DNA of 64,000 nucleotides from Candidatus Goldiibacteriota bacterium. Lineage in GTDB: Bacteria > Oederibacteriota > PGYV01 > DYJU01. This document shows positions 30,769 to 41,100 of the stretch, one piece after another. Made by a program: the position numbers and the translations under genes. The stretch lies in assembly GCA_938034975.1 (NCBI GenBank), contig CALHNI010000001.1:17641-81640 (forward strand). Reading direction: 5' to 3'. The notes under the pieces are model-generated. The model was not told the DNA's origin. It did no database searches and was given only the letters and a program-made list of their open reading frames with translations. Positions within the stretch are counted from its first letter, which is position 1; each line of letters starts with the position of its first letter.

Positions 30769-32598
30769 CTAACTTCTTTCAGTAATTTCGCATATTTTTT
30801 TTATTTCATTATTTATATCAGCATTTAATAATTCTTCAAGGGATAAAGGCAACAATAAATTCCAGTTTTTATCACTTATAATACCAGGGGTATTTATTCT
30901 TAAATCCCATTTGTCAGTATTATTAAAATAATCACCTAGTGATAAAAAATCAAATATATTCTGTATAGAAAAAATTGATTTGGCTTTCATACATTTTATA
31001 AGTGCTGTTCTTACGAATTCTTTTGTTGCTTTTTCTTTATCTAAATTTTCATTTTCAAGGTATTTTAAAAATTTTTCTTTTTCATCAAATGTTTCTCTGT
31101 GTAAATCATAGAACATCCAAACTTCATCCCTTGTTTTTTTCAGGGTCTCAAGCACTTTTTCAGGTGAATTTATTTCGCTTTTCCATCTTAATCTTTTTGC
31201 TTTTAAATCTTTTACTTCAAAAAGTTTTTCTAAAATTTCTTTATAACTAAAATTATATTCATTACATAACTTTTCAACAAGTGCTTTATCAACTTTGCCT
31301 GCTTCTTCTTCCCACCAGCAAATAAGCAAAGTCATGTCATGACTTGAAATTACTGATACTGAATTTTCCCTGTATTCAGACTCTTTTTTAAATTCATAAG
31401 TTTTTCCCCAATCCCGCATCCACCGCTGCACATCAATCCCAGGTATTGAAAATTTTTTTAATGTATCAAAAGAACATTGCGGAACAACCCCTAAATCTTC
31501 AGCACATGGCAACATATCTGATACATAAAGCATAGCATTTAAAATTTTCTGTCCGTTTTTTTCCCATTTTTTTTCATCTTCAGGGTCAAATTTACCATTT
31601 AAACCAAAAGTATTTTCCGGCTCTGACAGTTCAATTGTCCATATCCTGAAAAGACCTACAAAATGGTCTATCCTGAACATATCATAAAAATTTTCTGTGT
31701 ATTTTAATTTTTCTTTTAAATAAACAAAATTTTCTTTTTCTATTTCTTCCCAGTTGTATGGTGGCATTCCCCATCTTTGCCCTTTTGCAAAATACATATC
31801 CGGTGGTGCGCCAGATGCCAAATTTAATTTAAAATATTTTCTGTTTGCCCATACATCAGCTGAATCACGGGAAACCAGAAAAGGTATATCCCCTAAAATA
31901 AAAACCCCATTTTTATTTGCATATTCTTTAATTTCTTTTAATTGCAAATATGCCTGCCATTGAAGCCATCTGAAAAAATTTATCCTGTCAAAATTTTCTT
32001 CCTGAAATTTTCCCAATTGTTCTTCGTCTTTTTCTTTATATCTTATCTCCCATTGCTCCCATGCACTTTGATTATTTTTTTCTTTCAAAACTGTAAAAAT
32101 AGCATAATCATTTATCCAGAAGGCATTTTTATCCACATAAGTTTCGTATTCTTTACATATTTCTTTTTGAATTTTAAATATTTCCCATAATATCTTTAAT
32201 TTTTCTTTTTTAATTTCATAATTTACACGTTCTTTTAATATAAATTTTTCTTTTAATTTTTCAATTTCAGGTAAAAATTTTTCTAAATTTTGTGCATTCA
32301 GTTTGTATAAATTAATATAAGCAGGTTCAATTGCAAATGTTGAAATACAATCATAAGGGGTAAATTTATAGCCGGTATCATTTAATGGTAATAGTTGTAT
32401 TATTGAAAGTCCGCATTTTTTACACCAGTCAACCAGAATTTTCAAATCAAAAAAATCACCTATCCCAGTTGAATTTTTGGAATAGATTGAAAAAAGTGGG
32501 ACTAAAACTCCGGCTCTTCTTTTTATTCCTATTTTTTCCCATTTATTTTTTGTTTGTGAATCCAAAAATTTTTTATATATTTCTTTGCTAAATAACAT
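30769..32598 (-). CDS. malQ: 4-alpha-glucanotransferase (GH77)
   Basis: GIGDF, IQLLPLND, GAPPD, GQRWGMP, RIDHFVG, AEDLG, SHD, INTPG. Confidence 0.95.
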   Translation of the reverse strand: MLFSKEIYKKFLDSQTKNKWEKIGIKRRAGVLVPLFSIYSKNSTGIGDFFDLKILVDWCKKCGLSIIQLLPLNDTGYKFTPYDCISTFAIEPAYINLYKLNAQNLEKFLPEIEKLKEKFILKERVNYEIKKEKLKILWEIFKIQKEICKEYETYVDKNAFWINDYAIFTVLKEKNNQSAWEQWEIRYKEKDEEQLGKFQEENFDRINFFRWLQWQAYLQLKEIKEYANKNGVFILGDIPFLVSRDSADVWANRKYFKLNLASGAPPDMYFAKGQRWGMPPYNWEEIEKENFVYLKEKLKYTENFYDMFRIDHFVGLFRIWTIELSEPENTFGLNGKFDPEDEKKWEKNGQKILNAMLYVSDMLPCAEDLGVVPQCSFDTLKKFSIPGIDVQRWMRDWGKTYEFKKESEYRENSVSVISSHDMTLLICWWEEEAGKVDKALVEKLCNEYNFSYKEILEKLFEVKDLKAKRLRWKSEINSPEKVLETLKKTRDEVWMFYDLHRETFDEKEKFLKYLENENLDKEKATKEFVRTALIKCMKAKSIFSIQNIFDFLSLGDYFNNTDKWDLRINTPGIISDKNWNLLLPLSLEELLNADINNEIKKICEITERS

Positions 32599-32677
32599 AT
32601 TTTTTCCTTAAAAATTTTTATAGATTATACTTAATAAATATAGATTTGTCATTTAAATTCTATATGTCCAAAGGTAA

Positions 32678-32923
32678 TTATCTACTGATAGGTTTTTTTA
32701 TATTATCTAAATTTTTCATTGATACATCAAGATCAGAAAGAAGCATCCTTTTTCTATGGTCAAGTTCCATTATTCTTTTTTTTCTTTTTTCTTTTTTTTC
32801 CTCAGAATAATCTGTTTTCTTTCTTTCGGAAAATGAAAATACATATCTATATAGTTCTTCTTCTGTTAAATTATTTTCCCTGGCAAATTTTAAAAATTCT
32901 TCAGTAAAAATTTTTTTAATCAT
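32678..32923 (-). CDS. Small hypothetical protein
   Basis: 81-aa ORF with AAGGA RBS and upstream TTGTAA-16-TATAAT (32994-33021). Confidence 0.6.
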   Translation of the reverse strand: MIKKIFTEEFLKFARENNLTEEELYRYVFSFSERKKTDYSEEKKEKRKKRIMELDHRKRMLLSDLDVSMKNLDNIKKPISR

Positions 32924-33034
32924 AAATTTTTCCTTTTAATATATACACTAATTTATCCGCACATAACCATAAAATAAATAATTTTCTATTTTTATTATAC
33001 CAAATGATTAAATTTTTACAATAATTTAATTTTT

Positions 33035-33238
33035 CCGTAAAAACGCATTAAAAATCGCGTTTTTTACAAAAAAACAAAATATTTTTATTATTTTTATTTA
33101 AATTATAATGCATTATTTTATTCACCCATTTTTTATTTTTAAAAAAAACAAGTGTTGTTTTGAATATTTTATTTTTTTAAATAATATATAATTTTTTTCT
33201 TCTGAAAATCGAAATCTTCTTATAATGCGATTTTCAGG
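33035..33238 (+). repeat. Dispersed double-hairpin element, copy 5
   Basis: CCGTAAAAACGCATTAAAAATCGCGTTTTTTAC; TATAATGCATTATTTTATTCACC; CTGAAAATCG...TGCGATTTTCAGG. Confidence 0.9.
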
Positions 33239-33263
33239 TTTTCGCTTTCACTTTGAATATAAT

Positions 33264-34491
33264 TTAATATAAAACAATATGCCCTAATACCGCCATTCTA
33301 AAATCAGCATAAGGTTTTAATTTTATTTTTATTGCATCAAAACCATTTTTTGAAACTTCATCAGGCAGATTTATAATATTATTAAATACCTGGAATTGAT
33401 ACATATTTATTGGTAATGAAAAAATTTTTGTATTATATACGACAGAACCATTTTTTAAAAAAAATAATATCATATTCATTTTTAGACACTGATATGTGAA
33501 CCTGATTTTTATGAATGATTTTATCAAATTCAACAATTAAACCACCTGATGGTATAAAAATATTATTTTTATCATCTCATGGAGTACCATCCTGAACTGA
33601 CCTATTAATCATATCATAAGAAACATATAATTCATTTTCTTTTTTATTTTGATGGTATTTTTTTATGAGTCCATTATATATACCAATATTCATTTTAAAT
33701 ATTTCTTTTAATCTTTCTTTTGAGAAAATATTTTCACCCGAAATAATTACTTTTAACTTATCATAATACAAAGCAAGGTTTTTTTCATAAATAAAATTTT
33801 CACCTTTAACTATTGTTTCAATATAACCATCTGGTATTTCCCTTTGAAAATGTCCTATTCTGCAATCCGGCACAGGATAAAGACGGGCAAGTAAAGGTTC
33901 TGTTATTGCTAAATCATCAATTATATTCCATGTTAAGCCATAGCCATTTATGAAATTGTCTATAACTCGCATTGTAATGAATGCATCTTCATTTGCCCAT
34001 GCATTCCTGAGCACAGTTATTATGAAAATAATAAACAATATAAAAGTCAAAATATTTAAAACAAAAGAACTATATATATAATTTGTTTCATTATATTTTT
34101 TAATAAAAACAAAAAATAAAACTAAAATCAAAACGAACAATTGTGGGGTATTATAAAATTTATTGTTTTTATATACACAGCCAATTTATTTAGCACCTGT
34201 GTTTTTTCTATAAAAATTCACCAATAATTATATAAAATGATACTTAGTATAAAAATTAAAAAGATAAGAAACGAAATGGATAATTTTAAGATTATATTAT
34301 TTTTTATTACAAAAAAAGTATGAATAACAAATAGCACAATTAATAACAACCATAGACAAACCAGCAAAATATCATTTCTGGCTGTTTCAATGACAAAAAT
34401 GCAAAAGTTTTTATTTATTAAACAACCTATCAGTAAAGCTAAAAAAAAAGAAAATTATATATATTTTTTTTAAATTTATTTTTTCTTTCAT
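33264..34491 (-). pseudogene. Degraded membrane glycosyltransferase (AftB-like GT-C) with a large internal deletion
   Basis: N-terminal motif AWANEDAFITMRVIDNFINGYGLTWN fused directly to C-terminal IIDDLAITEPLLARL...RIGHF; flanking frames broken. Confidence 0.65.
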
Positions 34492-34540
34492 AAAATAAAT
34501 AATAAAATAAATTATAATCACAGTCAATAATATTTCAAAT

Positions 34541-34791
34541 TTTGAAAATTACAATAGAAAATTGCGCTTTTCATGAGAAAATATTAAACAAACAAAATAA
34601 ATTAAATATTTAAAACAACACTTATGTTTTATTTTAAATTAAAAAACTGGTGAATAAGTGTAATAAAAATGCTAAAATTTTTTGATGTTAAAAAGGAGTG
34701 AATAAAGGTAATGTATAACAAAAAATGGGAAATTATTAAATAAAAATATTATTTCCCATAAAAACGCTTTTTTCTAAAACGTTTTTACTGG
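34541..34791 (-). repeat. Dispersed double-hairpin element, copy 6 (internal partial duplication)
   Basis: Reverse orientation: TTTAAAACAACAC, two GTGAATAA cores, CATAAAAACGC...GTTTTTACTGG. Confidence 0.82.
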
Positions 34792-34913
34792 AGATCATTA
34801 TAAAAATATACTTTGTAAATTGGGTGTTAAATTTTTTTTAAATTCTGTTGCTTTTTTTATTAAATTAAATATAATTATGTTCTATAATCTTTTAAATTGA
34901 GGTGAATTTAATC

Positions 34914-36383
34914 ATGATGAATACTTTAAGATACAGAGCAAAAACATTTTTAAAATTTGTTTTATGGGCTGTTGTTATCTCGTTTATTTTAAGTATTTTT
35001 GTAACATGGGGTATGAAAGGACAATTCGATAAAGGCCATCCTGATGCTGTTGCAAAAGTTTATGATTCCTATATTACCTATCAGGATTTTGGTCTTGTCT
35101 GGCGTAACAGATTACAGGCATTATATGATGAAGGCATAAAAATCACGGAAGAAAAGGAAAAAGAAATAAAAAAACAAATACTAGATGATATGATAGATAA
35201 TTACCTCCAACTTAACCACGCAAAGAAACTAAACATAAATGCAACTGATGAAGAAGTATCACAGGCAATAATGAGTGTTGAGGCTTTTTATGATAATAAG
35301 GGCAATTTTGATAAAAATAGATATCTTTCTTTTCTTTATAATAATAAATTAAAACCAGAAGAATTTGAAGAAGACCAGAGAAAATCCATAATATTAGCTA
35401 AGTTAAAAAATTTTTACAGGTCAACAGTTAAAATATCAGATGATGAATTAGTATCATATTTTTTAAAAAGGCATCGCAGTATAAAAACAAATTATGTATA
35501 TTTCAATTATCTTGACCATTTAAAAGAAATAAATATTGATGAAGAAAAGATGAAGGATTATTATGCCATGAATAAAAAAGAATTTGAAAAACCTGAAAGG
35601 GTTAAAGCATCTCATATTTTAATAAGGGCAGACCTTTCTCCTACTTCACCAACAGGACTTTCAGAAGAAGCAGCAGAAAGTTTTGCCAAAAAAATTTTAA
35701 CTCAAATCAAAGCAGGCGAAGATTTTGCAACACTTGCCAAAAAATATTCTGCTGATCCTGGGTCAAAAGATAAAGGTGGCGATTTAGGATGGTTTGAAAA
35801 AGGACAGATGATTCCCGAATTTGAAAAAATTGCATTTTCCCTTGAGAAAGGAAAAGTTAGCGATGTATTTAAAACCCAATTTGGTTATCATATTGTAAAA
35901 GTAACTGATAGAGATGATGGATTTAAGCCTTCTTATGACAAAGTAAAAAACGATATACTTAAAAAATTACAAAAAAACGAAGGAATGAAAATGATGCTTG
36001 ATAATGCTTTAAAATTTAAAGAAAAATTAGATAACGGAATTCCTTTTGAAAAAGCAGCAAGTGAATTAAAATGTGTTGTAAAATCAACTGATTTTTTTAC
36101 TTATGAATCTAAAATATCTGAAATCAAATCTGACAATTTCAAAGAAATAATTTTTGATTTAAATGAAAATGAACCATCGCAGGTTGTAGAAGGAGAAAAT
36201 GGATATTACTTTTTTATTATAACTTCTTCTAAAAAAGCCAAATTTGACGAAGATAAATTTAAAAAAGAATATGATGAACTTCTGGAAAGATTAAGAAGTA
36301 TGAAATTTAATCAAATTTATAGCGATTTACTTTCATCCTTAAAAAAACACGCAAAGGTTGAAATTTACTGGGACAATATATAA
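34914..36383 (+). CDS. PpiD-like membrane-anchored chaperone (SurA N-domain + parvulin PPIase)
   Basis: N-terminal TM; ASHILI, F..LAKKYSADPGS..GGDLGWF, FGYHIVK; GAGGTG RBS. Confidence 0.9.
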   Translation: MMNTLRYRAKTFLKFVLWAVVISFILSIFVTWGMKGQFDKGHPDAVAKVYDSYITYQDFGLVWRNRLQALYDEGIKITEEKEKEIKKQILDDMIDNYLQLNHAKKLNINATDEEVSQAIMSVEAFYDNKGNFDKNRYLSFLYNNKLKPEEFEEDQRKSIILAKLKNFYRSTVKISDDELVSYFLKRHRSIKTNYVYFNYLDHLKEINIDEEKMKDYYAMNKKEFEKPERVKASHILIRADLSPTSPTGLSEEAAESFAKKILTQIKAGEDFATLAKKYSADPGSKDKGGDLGWFEKGQMIPEFEKIAFSLEKGKVSDVFKTQFGYHIVKVTDRDDGFKPSYDKVKNDILKKLQKNEGMKMMLDNALKFKEKLDNGIPFEKAASELKCVVKSTDFFTYESKISEIKSDNFKEIIFDLNENEPSQVVEGENGYYFFIITSSKKAKFDEDKFKKEYDELLERLRSMKFNQIYSDLLSSLKKHAKVEIYWDNI

Positions 36384-36430
36384 TGTCCACAGATAACCGA
36401 GGATACTGTTATAAATTATAAATCTTAATA

Positions 36431-37726
36431 TTATTTTTTAAAAAATTCCTGATTTATTTTTTTAACTGCATCAGGGATAACTGTTTCTGGTTTTGATGTT
36501 CCATTCCATACCTTATCCATTGCAGGCCAGAAATGTCTGTTCAAAATCTCTGTCCATGCTGATGTATCAGGCTGAAATGTGCCATAATCAACAGCTTCCA
36601 GTAAAAATGCTTTTGATTTTGGAGGATTATCATCTATGAAATTTTTTGATTTCGCAATTTCAATTATTGCCGGTTGTGCAAGTCCTGTTTGTGCAAGTTC
36701 TATCTGTCCTTCTTCTCCTGCAAGGTAAGTTACTAATTTCCATGCCGCATCAGGATGTTTGGTTGTTTTAAGAACTGCATAGCCAGCACCACTTAAAGGA
36801 AAACCACGTTTGCCCTTTGGGCTTTTTGGAAACATAACTGCATCCCATTTGAAATTTTTTATTTCCCTGAAAAATGGTGATTTCCATATTCCACTGTGAA
36901 ACATCGCAACTTTACCTGATACAAAAAGATCAGATGCACCGACACCACCCATTGCTGACATATTAGATGGAGATGGCATAACTTTATGCTTATAAATTAA
37001 ATCCTGTCTGAATTTAAGTGCTTCTAATGCCTCTTTACTATCAAGCAGACATTTTTTTGGATTTTTAATATCATCTACGTATTTTCCACCATTTGATAAA
37101 ACCCATGCATCCCAGATTGGCCAGTCATCAGCAAAACCAAAAACTTTTGTTGCACCTTCACCTTTGGTTAATTTCTTTGCTTTATTAAGAAGATCTGTCC
37201 ATGTCCAGTCATTTGTTGGATATTTTACACCTGCTTTATCAAAAAGATCTTTGTTATAATAAACAACGCAAATAGGTGCTATATCTCTTGGTAATGCATA
37301 TATATTACCTTTCACTGTAAATTTTTCTACAATTTTTTTATAAAATTTATTTATAGGAAAATTTTCTTTTTTTATATATTCATTAAGCGGCAATAAAACT
37401 CCTTTTTCAGCAAAAACAATAAATCTTTCTGCATTTACAAACATAACGTCCGGCGGATTACCACCTGCAATCTGTGTTAGCATTTTTTCTATATATGCAT
37501 CACCTGCTGGAAGTTTTTCCAATTGCACTTCTATGTTAGGATTTTTTTGCTTAAATCTCTTAACGCTGTTAGTTATAATTTCTACTTCTTTAATATCTCC
37601 CCAGTATGCTGCTCTTAAAACTGTTTTACCTTTGAAAATTTTAGTATCTTTACAACCTGTAAAAATTATTACTGTTAAAGTTAAAAATAAGACAATCAAC
37701 GAAATCGCTTTTGCAATTTTACCCAT
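36431..37726 (-). CDS. Orphan sugar ABC substrate-binding lipoprotein (paralog of 21376-22659)
   Basis: Lipobox FTGC; long shared blocks such as LPRDIAPICVVYYNK, DDWPIW, GLAQPA. Confidence 0.92.
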   Translation of the reverse strand: MGKIAKAISLIVLFLTLTVIIFTGCKDTKIFKGKTVLRAAYWGDIKEVEIITNSVKRFKQKNPNIEVQLEKLPAGDAYIEKMLTQIAGGNPPDVMFVNAERFIVFAEKGVLLPLNEYIKKENFPINKFYKKIVEKFTVKGNIYALPRDIAPICVVYYNKDLFDKAGVKYPTNDWTWTDLLNKAKKLTKGEGATKVFGFADDWPIWDAWVLSNGGKYVDDIKNPKKCLLDSKEALEALKFRQDLIYKHKVMPSPSNMSAMGGVGASDLFVSGKVAMFHSGIWKSPFFREIKNFKWDAVMFPKSPKGKRGFPLSGAGYAVLKTTKHPDAAWKLVTYLAGEEGQIELAQTGLAQPAIIEIAKSKNFIDDNPPKSKAFLLEAVDYGTFQPDTSAWTEILNRHFWPAMDKVWNGTSKPETVIPDAVKKINQEFFKK

Positions 37727-37758
37727 TTTAAATCCTCCTTTAATTTTTTATTTTTTAT

Positions 37759-37786
37759 ATTATATCACTTTTTTTTATTTTGTCAA
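37759..37786 (-). promoter_or_regulatory. Consensus sigma70 promoter TTGACA-16-TATAAT with extended -10 TG
   Basis: Perfect hexamers upstream of a GGAGGA RBS. Confidence 0.75.
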
Positions 37787-37799
37787 TAGGAATTAAATA

Positions 37800-38023
37800 C
37801 CGTAAAAACGTATTAGAAAATGCGTTTTTACGAAAAAACATACTACTTTTATTATATTTATTTAATAAAATTTCATTTTTATAATTCATTGTTTTTTTCA
37901 CCATTTAATTTTAAAAATTAGTACACTTTTAAAATTTTTATTTATTTATTTATTTATTTATAAACCTTTTTTATATTTTCTTTTTTCCTCTGAAAAATCG
38001 CAAACTTTAAATGCAATTTTCAG
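37800..38023 (+). repeat. Dispersed double-hairpin element, copy 7
   Basis: CCGTAAAAACGTATTAGAAAATGCGTTTTTACG; TTCACC; CTGAAAAATCGCA...TGCAATTTTCAG. Confidence 0.9.
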
Positions 38024-38176
38024 TAAATAAAAAATTATTATGTTGAATAACTACATACTTAAAAATTACCGAAACATTATTTATTTAAAACTGTCTAAAA
38101 CACTGTATTTAAACGATAAAAACAATGTTGCATAAAATGAAATTAATTGTAAGTATTCTGTTTATAAGGAAATAAG

Positions 38177-41100
38177 ATGAAAAAATTTTTGCTATTCATG
38201 TTTTTATATCTGCTCATTAATATTAATAATATTTTTTCTGCAATAACTGTTAATATAAATTCAGGTAATCCTGCAATGCCATTTCCACAATTTAATAACT
38301 ACCCCGCTGGTGGTCAGACCACCATATATTCAATTGCTGACTGGGCACACTTACCAGATGGAGTGTCTCACGCAGAAATGGAAAAATGGATACGGGATGC
38401 TTATCAGATTATGATGAACAGGGCAAATTATGCCGGCGGCACAATATGCGGTGTCCAGGGAATAAGATTTGAATCTTCTCCTTTCTGTTCAGAAGGACAT
38501 GGTTATGCATTACTTGCTGCTGCTTTAATGGGTGATAAAACAACTTTTGATGGTTTATGGTTTTATTTAAATGATAATTGCTGGTTTAATAAAATTCCAA
38601 GATATAGAGATGGAACTATATGCACACCTGGTTATGCCTATGGCGTTCATGTGCCTGGATGGAATGGACCAGGTGCTGATTCTGCTGCAGATGGAGATGT
38701 TGATATTGCTCTTGCAGCTTTAATTGCCTGGCGTCAATGGGGAGATAACACCGGATATACAAGATGGGACGGACAACCAATAAGATATAAAGATATGGCG
38801 CTTGATATGATGAGATTTTTAGTTGAAAAATATTTAGACCCAAACAATAAATACGTAAGCGGAATCATCGGTTATGATGGTTATGCAAAAGGTGGTAATA
38901 CCTGGAAAGAATTAACAAACTGGTATATCGGACCTGATGTTTTGGAATATCCAGGTCCACAGGAAACATGGTATGATTATTCTGCTCCCTATTATTATAG
39001 ATGTTTTGCAGAAGCATTGCAACTTAATGGCGAGTCCCGAGATATAGGCTGGAACATAACACAATTTATAAGAGCAGCTGCTGCTATGAACTGGACTCAG
39101 GGACAACTTGCTGCTTCATCTCATTTAACAACCTTTGCAGGTAAGTATTCAATTAATGGAACAAATGTTACTTTTACCAATGCAAATCCAGGCGGAGAAG
39201 ATTTCAGGACTCCATGGCGACATGCACTTGATTATCTTTTTTATGGCAATCCAAATATATCCTGGAATCCGACTACCCATCTTACCTTTACTGCTTCTAA
39301 TACTTATGAAAAAGATGCTGCAATAAAACTTGCAAATTATTTAAATGATCCACAATCATACGGGGTTTATGGTTGTAAATCTTATGGTTCTTCGCCAATT
39401 ACATACCGTGGAACACCATCAATTGTTGAATTCAATCTTGACGGTTCTCCTTTCTGGACATTTCATCAAATAAAAACATTTGGCGCAGCATCTCCGGCAA
39501 TTGTTGCTTCCCAGAATTTTGATTTAATGGGACAATGGTTCAGAGAATCAATGATAGAATGGGATGTTGAATCTGCTGGTGATGGATATTTAACTTCTGT
39601 TCCTGCTTATTTTCACGGATTTTTCCGCGTTTTATCTCTTTTAGTCTTAACAGGAAATTATTTGTCACCGTGCAATCTATATCCACAGGCAAATATGAAA
39701 ATATATAAATCTGTTAATAAAACATATACTTTTCCCGGTGAAACTCTAACTTATTGGTTAAATTACAGAAACTATGGTTCAGTTCAGGCAAATAACGTCT
39801 ATATCCGCGATACTTTACCATCTGCATTTGAATATGTTTCATCAACTCCTGTTTATAATGCAGCGAATTCAAATCCAGGGGCTAATGTATATGAATGGGG
39901 ACCTTTTACTGTGCCTGGTCTTCAAAATCAAAATTATGCAGCAACAATGGGCGGCGTTACCCTTGTAGTCAGAGTTAAACAAACTGCCTTACAGGATAAA
40001 TATTGTAACACCGCAGATATAAGAACCAGCAATGGAACCGGCTGGACTTCATCAGATGAAGCAAATGAAATAACATCAATTTTAAAAACAAATTGTGTTG
40101 ATATAGTTGCTGCAGCATTAACAATTACAAAAACCGCAAATGTTTCATTAGTCAATCCAGGACAAACAATAACATACACAATTGACTTTTGCAATTCATC
40201 CCAGGCAGGATGGATAGAAGGGGGTCACTCAGGAGTTATTTTTGCAGGCGGAGTAAATGGTTTACCCGGCTCAGCAAGTTCACAATTAATCCTTGACATT
40301 GCCGCACATCATGAAGCAGCAGAGCCGGTTATTGATTGGGGTAATTACAGAATTTCGTATTTCATAAATTCACCGTATCATGGTTCTAACTGGCAGTTAT
40401 ATATAAATTCAATTTCTCCAAACAATCATAATTTAATTTTAAGCACTGAAACATATTCTGCCTGCACACCAACGCCATGCTATGATAGCGCAACAGGTAA
40501 ATACTGGAACCAGCGAATTATGATACAACCGGCATCACTCCCATCTGCACCAACACATCATTTATATAATTACTACGGTAATATGGGAAGAATTCATTTA
40601 GGAACAGCAACTTCCCCGCTTTATTTTGAAGTAAGAATAACAGCAGGTTATCAAAATCAGGACTGGACTGATGATTGGTCACAACAAACACTTGCAACTT
40701 CAGTTGGCGGACCTGCCGAGATGATGTTTCCTATTTCTCCTGATTGGACAGACGGCATACCTTCTACTCCTGGAATTATTTTAAATAAAGTTAACAAACA
40801 TGCATGCCAAACAACCTCTACACGAATAGAAAATATTTTAATAGAAGAATGGGATGGCTATACATGGCGCAGGGTTTTTGGAAATGGTCCTATGCCAGGC
40901 AGAGAAGTAACAGGCGTTGTTGTATATGACTCCTTACCAAATAATTTAATTTGGGGCGGATTCATAAATACATACGGCACATGCACTTATAATGCCGGAA
41001 ATAGGACAATACAATGCAATATTGGAAACATGCAAATAAATCAATGCGGACAGATAAAATACTATGCAATAGCACAGGATCCTGGTTGTCCTGTATCTGA

